From Bacillus subtilis subsp. subtilis str. 168 (GTDB lineage Bacteria > Bacillota > Bacilli > Bacillales > Bacillaceae), in assembly GCF_000009045.1 (NCBI RefSeq), contig NC_000964.3, forward strand, positions 1,984,001-2,048,000: DNA of 64,000 nucleotides. Reading direction: 5' to 3'. The position numbers and the translations under genes are program-made. Numbering within the stretch: position 1 is the first letter of the stretch; every line of letters starts with the position of its first letter. Under the pieces are notes generated by a model that saw only the letters and a program-made list of their open reading frames with translations, was not told the DNA's origin and made no database searches. Of the stretch, positions 12,201-20,676 are shown piece by piece.

Positions 12201-13957
12201 TTTTCGCTCGCAAGAGATGTCATGTCCACTTCAAGCGTTTCGCCAGAAAAGTTTGGTGCGGAGCATCCCGGCTGTGTCAGCAAGAGCGATGCCCCGCTGT
12301 CTTTCAGCATGTAGCTCAGCCGCTCCTTTGGATACGCAGGATCAAGCGGCAAATACGCCCCGCCGGCCTTCAATACAGCAAGGACAGCGATCAGCATGTC
12401 AGGTGAGCGTTCAGACAGGACACCGACGATACTTTCGTTTGTGACGCCGCGTGCCGCAAGGTGCGCAGCCAGCCGGCTGGCGTACATATCAAGCTCAGCG
12501 TATGTCAGCGAACCGCCTGAAAAGCGAATGGCCAGCCGCTCCGGTGTGAAAGCTGCCTGTCGCTCAAACAGCCCATGCAGGGTGAAAGCTTTAGGCGAAA
12601 CAGCTTCCGTCTTGTTAAACTCATACAACAATTTTTGCTTTTCTCTTGTATTCGTCATATCTAATTCTCTTATAAAGCTGTGCGGATGTTTAAGGGCGTT
12701 TTCCAGTATGGTAAGCAGATGAGATTGTATTCGTTTAATATCCTCAAGAGAAAACAAGGTATTTTGATAGTCGAAATTTAATTGAATGGTTCCATTGTCT
12801 ATCCGTTCTTGTATTTGAACTGAAAGTTCGTTCGCGGTGTATCCGCTGAAATAAAGCGCTGTTTCATAGTCAAAATCATCTGCATTGTGCCACTGAAGTG
12901 GCTGATACTGCATAGATATACCGATAAGGTTGTGTAAATCCTTCTGTTCATTTCTTAATTCATTTACAAGCAAATTATAAGGAAACCGTTGATGACGCAT
13001 AACAGAAAGCTGTTCCCTGCCTATTGTGCGGACAAAGGAAAGAAAATCTGTGTCAGGATCAACCGTTATTCTGATTGGAAGGGAACTAACGAACATGCCG
13101 AGCATTTCTTTTTCAGCCTTTGAACCTCTGTTGCCATAGTAGGTGCCAATGGCAAGATCTTTTTTAGAAGTGATTCGGCTGATGCATATGTAAAATGAAG
13201 CCATAAATAAGGAAATGATATTGATCTTGTGTTCTTCGCAGAAGATTCGAATCGTTTGCTCTAGATCAGGTGAAAGAATGATGGTGTCTCTGGATGCAGA
13301 TGTGCTCTGTTTTTGTAAGGACGTCTGGTCGGCTAACGAGTGGTATTCCAACGGGTGCTCAAAGGTTTGCGTCCAAAATAAACGGTCCTTTGCAAACCGT
13401 GGAGATTGTAGATATTGACTCTCTTTTTCGATGTAGCTCAAGTAAGAAGGTTCCGGCTGATCAGGTAAAGGATCTTTCTTTTTCATTTTTTGATAAAGAT
13501 CTATAATTTGATTTCCCATCACATTTAAAGAGATTCCATCCATTATGATATGATGGAATTTCGCAAATAGCCAAACTTCATGAGAGTCAATTCTAAGGAG
13601 GTAAAATTGAAAAAGAGGCGAGTTGAACAGTTTAAATGGAATGCTCGCTTGATCCTGAATCCATTGCTCTATTTCTATCATTTCAACATTTGAAAAATCA
13701 ATTATTCTAAGTGGATAATATTTATATTCAGTAAGGTGCAATCGAGGCTCAAGCTCTTCTCCTTCTAACAGCTGAAATCTAATGGCGTCGTTGCGGGAGA
13801 TGGAATGATTCAGTGCTCCCTCCAGAGTATCAAGCTCAATATTGCCTTTAAATTTCACACAAGCTGTAAGATTGCAAATGCTGGTATCTGGCTCCAGCAG
13901 TTCGGTAAACCACACTCTCCTTTGGGCATGGGTTAAAGAATAAGTATGTTCGCTCAA
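6272..13957 (-). CDS. ppsA: Plipastatin/fengycin synthetase A (starter C-A-T-C-A-T-E; Glu1, D-Orn2)
   Basis: 2568-aa ORF. Likely start is TTG at 13957 (MSEHTYSL) after a GGAGGG RBS. HHIIMDG/HHIISDG/HHLVIDG, two YTSG.TG.PKG A-domain motifs, GGHSL and GGDSI PCP serines, terminal E domain. Confidence 0.97.
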   Translation of the reverse strand: MSEHTYSLTHAQRRVWFTELLEPDTSICNLTACVKFKGNIELDTLEGALNHSISRNDAIRFQLLEGEELEPRLHLTEYKYYPLRIIDFSNVEMIEIEQWIQDQASIPFKLFNSPLFQFYLLRIDSHEVWLFAKFHHIIMDGISLNVMGNQIIDLYQKMKKKDPLPDQPEPSYLSYIEKESQYLQSPRFAKDRLFWTQTFEHPLEYHSLADQTSLQKQSTSASRDTIILSPDLEQTIRIFCEEHKINIISLFMASFYICISRITSKKDLAIGTYYGNRGSKAEKEMLGMFVSSLPIRITVDPDTDFLSFVRTIGREQLSVMRHQRFPYNLLVNELRNEQKDLHNLIGISMQYQPLQWHNADDFDYETALYFSGYTANELSVQIQERIDNGTIQLNFDYQNTLFSLEDIKRIQSHLLTILENALKHPHSFIRELDMTNTREKQKLLYEFNKTEAVSPKAFTLHGLFERQAAFTPERLAIRFSGGSLTYAELDMYASRLAAHLAARGVTNESIVGVLSERSPDMLIAVLAVLKAGGAYLPLDPAYPKERLSYMLKDSGASLLLTQPGCSAPNFSGETLEVDMTSLASEKAENHEFTPADGGSLAYVIYTSGSTGQPKGVAVEHRQAVSFLTGMQHQFPLSEDDIVMVKTSFSFDASVWQLFWWSLSGASAYLLPPGWEKDSALIVQAIHQENVTTAHFIPAMLNSFLDQAEIERLSDRTSLKRVFAGGEPLAPRTAARFASVLPQVSLIHGYGPTEATVDAAFYVLDPERDRDRLRIPIGKPVPGARLYVLDPHLAVQPSGVAGELYIAGAGVARGYLNRPALTEERFLEDPFYPGERMYKTGDVARWLPDGNVEFLGRTDDQVKIRGYRIEPGEIEAALRSIEGVREAAVTVRTDSGEPELCAYVEGLQRNEVRAQLERLLPGYMVPAYMIEMEQWPVTPSGKLDRNALPAPGGAADAETYTAPRNVTEMKLSQLWEDVLKNGPVGIHDNFFDRGGHSLKATALVSRIAKEFDVQVPLKDVFAHPTVEGLATVIREGTDSPYEAIKPAEKQETYPVSSAQKRIYVLQQLEDGGTGYNMPAVLELEGKLNPERMERAFKELIKRHESLRTSFEQDAGGDPVQRIHDEVPFTLQTTVLGERTEQEAAAAFIKPFDLSQAPLFRAQIVKISDERHLLLVDMHHIISDGVSVNILIREFGELYNNRNLPALRIQYKDYAVWREGFKTGDAYKTQEAYWLKQLEGELPVLDLPADHARPPVRSFAGDKVSFTLDQEVASGLHKLARENGSTLYMVLLAAYTAFLSRLSGQEDIIVGSPIAGRPHKDLEPILGMFVNTLALRTRPEGGKPFVQYLQEVRETALEAFEHQDYPFEELVDKLELTRDMSRNPVFDAMFILQNVEKQDIDLREIKVRPANFAHHISLFDITLIATEISGSICCEMEFSTEVFLKATIERWADHFIEFLHEALSTPETSLAQINILSDKEKQKIVFEFNKTQVEFAQKDIPFHRIFEAKAEENPEHIAVIDNETEISYRLLNERANRLARTLQNRKGPKPTVAVLAKRSIDAIVGVLAVMKAGGVYIPIDAHYPKARIEYILRDSGADILLLQRELKHLISNSPESEMSHIFLDDEGSFEESNCNLNLSPAPEEPVYIIYTSGTTGAPKGVIVTYQNFTHAALAWRQIYELDRKPVRLLQIASFSFDVFSGDLARTLTNGGTLIVCPDETRLEPAEIYKIIKSQRITVMESTPALIIPVMEYVYRNQFKLPDLDILILGSDMVKAQDFKTLTDRFGQSMRIINSYGVTEATIDSSFYETSMGGECTGDNVPIGSPLPNVHMYVLSQTDQIQPIGVAGELCIGGAGVAKGYHHKPDLTQMKFTENPFVSGERLYRTGDRACWLPNGTIRLLGRMDYQVKINGYRIETEEIESVLLQTGLVREAAVAVQHDKNGQAGLAAYIVPSDVNTNALRAALTKELPAYMIPAYLIPLVNMPLTLNGKLDRNALPAPNNVLSRPYTAPVNDLQKTMAYIWEDVLSMSRVGIHDSFFELGGDSIKALQVAARLAAEGWSMTIRDLFRYSTIQELCGHITPLASQADQGPAEGEAELTPIQRRFFGQVHAFHYHYNQSVMLFSEKGFNANALHLALRKITEHHDAIRMIFQRDQNGHVIQFNRGINHKDHELFGLYISDWTKASLERAHLDEKLAAEETVIQSKMNVEKGPLLQAGLFKTAEGDHLLIALHHLVIDGVSWRILLEDLAAAYQQALEKKEIQLPPKTDSYLSYADGLTQIAESKQLLSEKTYWQTILDAHTAFLPKDIENVPDKLQMNSDAAAFVLSGDWTEKLLFETQQAYGTDANELLLTALGMALSEWTGHDQIVISTEGHGREGHVPNIDISRTVGWFTSIYPILLDMGIPEPFEDQLAYRIKTTKDMLRRVPNKGTGYGLLTHIGELRHKEPEVSFNYLGQFSEEKEVETFQLSYYQPRYEIAGEREREYELDINALITDGRLHVKAVYTQVFSKHSIECFMDRFHRHLIETIEHCSQKKAREKTLSDFSNKELTLSALSSIEDLVKDL

Positions 13958-14299
13958 CGGATTCCCTCCAGTTCTCATAATAAGAGGATAAGAAAATGTA
14001 GAAAAAAGCAGAAAAATGACAATAAAAGAAATTATATGACTATATAATCCATATATGCACTATATTAACGGATATTTTTTAAAGTACAATAAAAAACATT
14101 AAATTTTTATAACATTTTTTTTGAATATAGTATTATTTCTTTATTTTTCGTTTCTTTTTTTATCAAATTTCCGGATATAAAGTGATAAAAGTATTGTTTT
14201 ACATAAGGTCTTATACACTACTTTTTAATCGGACTAATTTTCTTTTGTGCATCATTCTTCTAATTGTTGGAAGGTTCGACAAAGCGTTATTACAGACAT

Positions 14300-14330
14300 A
14301 AAAAAACCTGTTTTCTCTTGGAAAACAGGT
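14300..14330 (-). terminator. Intrinsic terminator after dacC
   Basis: ACCTGTTTTC-tcttg-GAAAACAGGT stem with an A-run at 14300-14306 (U-tract on the minus strand), just past tandem stops TAA TAG. Confidence 0.8.
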
Positions 14331-14339
14331 CTCCCGCTA

Positions 14340-16832
<2,493 letters not shown>

Positions 16833-16914
16833 TCAACCTCTCCTTGATTCATTGCTAGTATAAGAATTCAATGTACTGTACCATATTTCCTCCATTTTAT
16901 ATTTTCCCCTATCA

Positions 16915-16949
16915 AATAAAAAAACACCGTTCAAACTTATGAACGGTGT
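16915..16949 (-). terminator. Intrinsic terminator after yoeA
   Basis: ACACCGTTCA/TGAACGGTGT stem preceded by an A-run. Confidence 0.7.
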
Positions 16950-16959
16950 GATTCGGAGG

Positions 16960-18351
16960 CTATTGGATGAGACGTGTGATTTGTTTCTTTTTCCAGACGA
17001 ATTGATAATACCCATAAATCAACAGCAAGCTGACGGCAAACGCAGCTGGATAACCAACCCAGACGCCGAGTATTTCAAGCTTTGTATAGTGAGAAAGGAC
17101 GAAAGCGACAGGCACCTCTACTCCCCAGATTGCAAAAATACTGATGACGGTCGGCCATAAAACTGTTCCGCTTGCCCGCATCGTTGCAGAAATAATTTGG
17201 GCATTTCCAAACAGCAAATAGCTCCACAGTGTAATCATCAAAAGACGGTGCGCAATGTAAAGCGTCTCTTGCTCGGTTAAAAATAACGATAAAATCTGAT
17301 GTGAAAAAACATAGATCAGAATGATCAGTACGCCGCCAATGATATAATTCAGCCAAATCCCAACGCGAATGACCTGCTTTAAGCGGTCAAACTCGTTTGC
17401 TCCGATCGATTGCGCAGCGAAAATAGAAACCGCAATACCAAGGCTGACGGCCGGCATCTGTACATAGCTGGCCACCTGGTTGACCACTCCGTATGCAGCT
17501 GTTGCATTAGAGCCGTAATGATTGACGAATGAAATAACCGCTATCTCTGATAATGAGACAAGAATCATATTGATGCTTGCTGGGACCCCAAGACGCAGCA
17601 GGAGAACCAGCAGTTCCTTATCCATTTTCAAATAACGACGCACTGTTTTATCAAATTGCAGCGGGTGTTTTCGCTTTCGTAAATACACCATTAACACGAG
17701 AAAAGTCGCAATCGTGGAAATGACAGTTGCATATGCCGAGCCGTATATGCCCAGTTTCGGAAAACCAAACATGCCAAGGATTAAAACAGGCAAAAGCGCG
17801 ATGTTGATGACCGTGCTCACAATCAGCGTATAAAACGGTGTCTTGGAATCTCCTGTTCCGCGCAAAAAGGTAGTATATGCAAAATATAAAAACATAAACG
17901 GCATAGCATAAAATAAAATACGTGCATAGTTAGCGCTGACATGAATGACATTTTCAGGTGTTCCCATTAAACGAAGGATATCCAGGGTGAAAATACTGCC
18001 GATAACGGCTAACACAACGCCTAATAAAAATGTAAACGTGAGTGTCGTCCCGACAACAGCCTTTAGCCGTTCCTCATTTTTCGCTCCGTAAGCTTGTCCT
18101 ATCAGAATCGAACTTCCTGAACCGATCCCAATCGTAAATGAGATTAAAAGAAAAAATAACGGGAAAAAGGATGATACAGCTGCCACTGCATCAACACCGA
18201 GCCATCTGCCTACAGCCATCATCCCGACTAGCTGGCCGACTGATTGCAGCACATTGCTCAGCAGAAGCGGCACTAAAAAGAGTGACATCGACCGCCAAAC
18301 TGATGGTTTGCTTTTCTTTTGAGTTACAAGAGGTTCTTGTGATGTTTCCAT
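16960..18351 (-). CDS. yoeA: MATE family efflux transporter
   Basis: 463 aa, about 12 hydrophobic segments, MATE-like motifs (LRGTGDSKTP, MRASG). Confidence 0.9.
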   Translation of the reverse strand: METSQEPLVTQKKSKPSVWRSMSLFLVPLLLSNVLQSVGQLVGMMAVGRWLGVDAVAAVSSFFPLFFLLISFTIGIGSGSSILIGQAYGAKNEERLKAVVGTTLTFTFLLGVVLAVIGSIFTLDILRLMGTPENVIHVSANYARILFYAMPFMFLYFAYTTFLRGTGDSKTPFYTLIVSTVINIALLPVLILGMFGFPKLGIYGSAYATVISTIATFLVLMVYLRKRKHPLQFDKTVRRYLKMDKELLVLLLRLGVPASINMILVSLSEIAVISFVNHYGSNATAAYGVVNQVASYVQMPAVSLGIAVSIFAAQSIGANEFDRLKQVIRVGIWLNYIIGGVLIILIYVFSHQILSLFLTEQETLYIAHRLLMITLWSYLLFGNAQIISATMRASGTVLWPTVISIFAIWGVEVPVAFVLSHYTKLEILGVWVGYPAAFAVSLLLIYGYYQFVWKKKQITRLIQ

Positions 18352-18567
18352 ATTAAAGGACTCCTTTATTTGAAATCGTTTTTAAACATGCCCTCATTTT
18401 TTGACAAAAACAGGATATGTAACATGTTATTATTCATCACTGCACTTATGAAACCCTTCCCGATTCTTCTAATTTTACACATCTTTTTAGCTTATGAAGA
18501 ATAAACTAGCAAGTAATGGCGTATTTTTTGTGAGTAAAAGAATAAAAAATAATTTATGCAAAAGTAT

Positions 18568-18602
18568 TGTAATCTATCCGTAATTATTGTAACATTTGTA
18601 AC
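18568..18602 (+). promoter_or_regulatory. WalR-type direct repeats upstream of iseA
   Basis: TGTAAT-N5-CGTAAT-tat-TGTAAC-att-TGTAAC. WalR consensus is TGTWAH-N5-TGTWAH, and iseA is an established WalR-repressed gene. Confidence 0.7.
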
Positions 18603-18636
18603 ATAAGAGAAAGAGATTTTGAAGGAGAGAGCGATA

Positions 18637-19182
18637 ATGAAAAAATGTCTTCTATTTCTAACAACCATTGCACTTATTCTGTCATTAAGCACAAATGCAT
18701 TTGCGAAAAATACATCAGGCGATTTATCACAAAAACAAGCATTACAGTTGGCATTATCCGCTAGAGAACATTTTTGGAACACCATGAGCGGCCACAATCC
18801 GAAGGTGAAAAAAGCAGTTTGCCCATCAGGCACATTCGAGTATCAAAATCTTCAATATGTATACATGTGCAGTGATCTAGGCACTAAAGCAAAAGCGGTG
18901 AATTATTTAACTCCTATTTTTACAAAAACAGCAATCGAAAAAGGCTTTAAAGATTATCATTTCACTGTTTCAAAAGGAAAACTTGCTGTTCCAATCGGTG
19001 ACGGAGACAATCTTTTGAATTGGAAAAAATCAACTGCTAAACTGATCTCTAAAAAAGGCAGCACAATCACATACGAATTTACTGTCCCTACATTAGACGG
19101 ATCCCCTTCTGCAAAACGGAAAGTGACATTTGTGAAAGAAAATAAAAAATGGAAAGTCAATCAATTTGACGCAGTTATATAA
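18637..19182 (+). CDS. iseA: Secreted inhibitor of DL-endopeptidase autolysins IseA (yoeB)
   Basis: 181 aa from ATG 18637 (AAGGAG RBS); signal peptide MKKCLLFLTTIALILSL; recognised sequence. Confidence 0.9.
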   Translation: MKKCLLFLTTIALILSLSTNAFAKNTSGDLSQKQALQLALSAREHFWNTMSGHNPKVKKAVCPSGTFEYQNLQYVYMCSDLGTKAKAVNYLTPIFTKTAIEKGFKDYHFTVSKGKLAVPIGDGDNLLNWKKSTAKLISKKGSTITYEFTVPTLDGSPSAKRKVTFVKENKKWKVNQFDAVI

Positions 19183-19183
19183 G

Positions 19184-19212
19184 AAAAACGCCCGGTATAA
19201 GCGGGCGTTTTT
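19184..19212 (+). terminator. Intrinsic terminator after iseA
   Basis: AAAAACGCCCG-gtataag-CGGGCGTTTTT. Confidence 0.85.
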
Positions 19213-19230
19213 TATTTGGTTTGCATAAAG

Positions 19231-19265
19231 AAAGACAACAGGCGAAAAGTGCCTGTTGTCTTTTT
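19231..19265 (-). terminator. Terminator after tRNA-Arg (bidirectional-looking)
   Basis: AAAGACAACAGGC-gaaaagt-GCCTGTTGTCTTT. Confidence 0.8.
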
Positions 19266-19275
19266 GTGAATATAA

Positions 19276-19348
19276 CGCTCTAGGAGAGATTCGAACTCCC
19301 GACCTGCAGTTTAGGAAACTGCTGCACTATCCGCTGTGCTACTAGAGC
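19276..19348 (-). tRNA. tRNA-Arg, anticodon CCT (reads AGG), no encoded CCA
   Basis: Minus strand GCTCTAG...CTAGAGC-G acceptor stem, anticodon arm GCAGT-TTCCTAA-ACTGC, T-loop GTTCGAATC; followed by TTA, not CCA. Confidence 0.97.
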
Positions 19349-19361
19349 TTTTGGTATTTAT

Positions 19362-19390
19362 ATAGTAGCTCTGATGATCAATATTTTCAA
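19362..19390 (-). promoter_or_regulatory. SigA-type promoter for tRNA-Arg
   Basis: TTGAAA-N17-TACTAT on the minus strand, 13 bp before the tRNA 5' end. Confidence 0.65.
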
Positions 19391-19400
19391 GCGATTTGTA

Positions 19401-19946
19401 TTAAAGCCCTCCAAAAACCTTATATGCGGCTCTTGTCGTATCTTCATCAATACCGATATACCGCATTGTAATTGATGGTGATGAATGATTCAGTATTCTC
19501 TGCAGCTCGGCGATGTCTTTCGTTCGCTGATAAAAATGATAGCCAAACGTTTTCCGGAGTGTATGCGTCCCTATCTCCTCAAGTCCGCACGCTGCAGCGG
19601 CCTCTCTTAAAATTCTGTAGGCCTGAATGCGGGAAATCGGCTTCCTGGTCCGCACTGATTTAAAAAGATATTCGTTTTCCTTCATGTCTTTCGTATACTC
19701 GTATATTTCCTGTTTCAGCGATTCTAAAATAAGAATCTTTCTTTTCTTTTTCGTTTTGCTTTCAGTCGCCCATAAATGATCTTTATTTTGAACGTCCTTC
19801 ACTTGCAGCGGCAGAATATCAGAAATACGGAGCGCGCTGTTGATGCCGAAAATAAACAGAAAATAATCCCGCTTGTTTTTGTTAAGCAAATACTGTTTGA
19901 CTTCTTGGATTTTCTCTAGACTGCGAATCGGCTGTACAATATGCAT
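19401..19946 (-). CDS. yoeC: Small tyrosine recombinase (phage integrase family), 181 aa
   Basis: Catalytic set appears intact: LRISD (R), KTKK (K), HTLRKTF (HxxR), LNHSS (H), RYIG (Y). AAGGAG RBS 7 nt before ATG 19946. Confidence 0.92.
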   Translation of the reverse strand: MHIVQPIRSLEKIQEVKQYLLNKNKRDYFLFIFGINSALRISDILPLQVKDVQNKDHLWATESKTKKKRKILILESLKQEIYEYTKDMKENEYLFKSVRTRKPISRIQAYRILREAAAACGLEEIGTHTLRKTFGYHFYQRTKDIAELQRILNHSSPSITMRYIGIDEDTTRAAYKVFGGL

Positions 19947-19967
19947 CAAAAAACTCCTTAAAAACCG

Positions 19968-19999
19968 TTATGTAACATTTTGAGGTCTATGTTACTATT
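19968..19999. repeat. Inverted-repeat site 1 upstream of yoeC
   Basis: TTATGTAACA-ttttgaggtcta-TGTTACTATT. Confidence 0.75.
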
Positions 20000-20024
20000 A
20001 TAGCTGAAAAACGTTGAATGTCAA
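19997..20024 (-). promoter_or_regulatory. SigA promoter of yoeC
   Basis: TTGACA (20024-20019) -N16- TATAAT (20002-19997), both perfect consensus hexamers. Confidence 0.8.
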
Positions 20025-20037
20025 AGTGCGGCGGCGT

Positions 20038-20069
20038 TTATGTAACATAATATACATAGTGTTACATAA
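20038..20069. repeat. Inverted-repeat site 2 upstream of yoeC (perfect 10-bp arms)
   Basis: TTATGTAACA-taatatacatag-TGTTACATAA. Confidence 0.85.
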
Positions 20070-20233
20070 GCTTTTAAAAAAGCTTCTTCCAACCTTCACC
20101 CTATAAAATAAGCTTTAAAGCCTCTTATAAAGCTTTTAACCTCTTGGATACTTATCCCCCTACTAATCATCAAAAAACCTCTTAAAATGAAATCTGACAC
20201 TCCCAATTTTCTGGAGCTTCCGCAAAAATATAC

Positions 20234-20261
20234 AAAAAAAGACACAATTTCAAATTGTGTC
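20234..20261 (-). terminator. Intrinsic terminator after yoeD
   Basis: GACACAATTT/AAATTGTGTC stem with an A7 run on its left. Confidence 0.75.
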
Positions 20262-20492
20262 CTAATCCTCATCCTTTACATCAATATCTTCCGGGATCGG
20301 TTCATTTAATATTTCCTGCACAAGTGCTTTGTAATTCTCCAGCTGTTCGAGATGCGTTTTGAACTGTTCCTTATAAATCAAAAATTGCTCCCCGTCATGA
20401 ACGGCTCTGATTTTCCCTTCGAGCACCAAGCTTTTAATATAATCCTCTGAAAGATTTGTATATTCTGCTGTTTCTTCAATCGTTAAATACAT
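20262..20492 (-). CDS. yoeD: Excisionase-like helix-turn-helix protein, 76 aa
   Basis: MYLTIEETAEYTNLSEDYIKSLVLEGKIRAV matches the Xis/HTH_17 pattern; acidic C-terminal tail; GAAGGG RBS. Confidence 0.8.
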   Translation of the reverse strand: MYLTIEETAEYTNLSEDYIKSLVLEGKIRAVHDGEQFLIYKEQFKTHLEQLENYKALVQEILNEPIPEDIDVKDED

Positions 20493-20612
20493 ATAGCAGT
20501 CCCTTCTTAATCCGTATGCTGATTCTAATATAGCACATGGCTCATATCAATATAATCAATTCTGCACAGAAAAACGGCATTATGCACTATATAATATACC
20601 ATTTGTCACTTG

Positions 20613-20626
20613 TGAAAACGCTGTAA
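20613..20626 (+). promoter_or_regulatory. Putative cre (CcpA) site upstream of ggt
   Basis: TGAAAACGCTGTAA versus consensus TGWNANCGNTNWCA (one mismatch). Confidence 0.5.
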
Positions 20627-20676
20627 TTTTTTTACGCTAAGATTGTAACAATACAGCTTCATATAGGAGGGAGAAC

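Noticed and set aside
50-13506. Many 60-190 aa plus-strand ORFs within ppsB/ppsA
   Set aside because: They are antisense shadows of long NRPS frames, with no RBS or recognisable motifs. The same applies to most short ORFs overlapping dacC, ggt, gltAB, yoaE and yoaH.
14196-14223. GTTTTACATAA, a reversed RipX-arm-like 11-mer in the pps promoter
   Set aside because: There is no matching second arm, and a chance match is likely in very AT-rich DNA.
17455-17468. Partial Ter-like CTATGTACAGATG (minus strand) inside yoeA
   Set aside because: Only the CTATGTAC core matches. The AAATRTTCA half and the upstream ACT element are missing, and it lies in coding sequence.
18416-18430. TGTAACATGTTA upstream of yoeA, resembling the yoeC arms
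   Set aside because: It is a single short palindrome without the N12 spacer architecture, so it cannot be tied to the yoeC sites.
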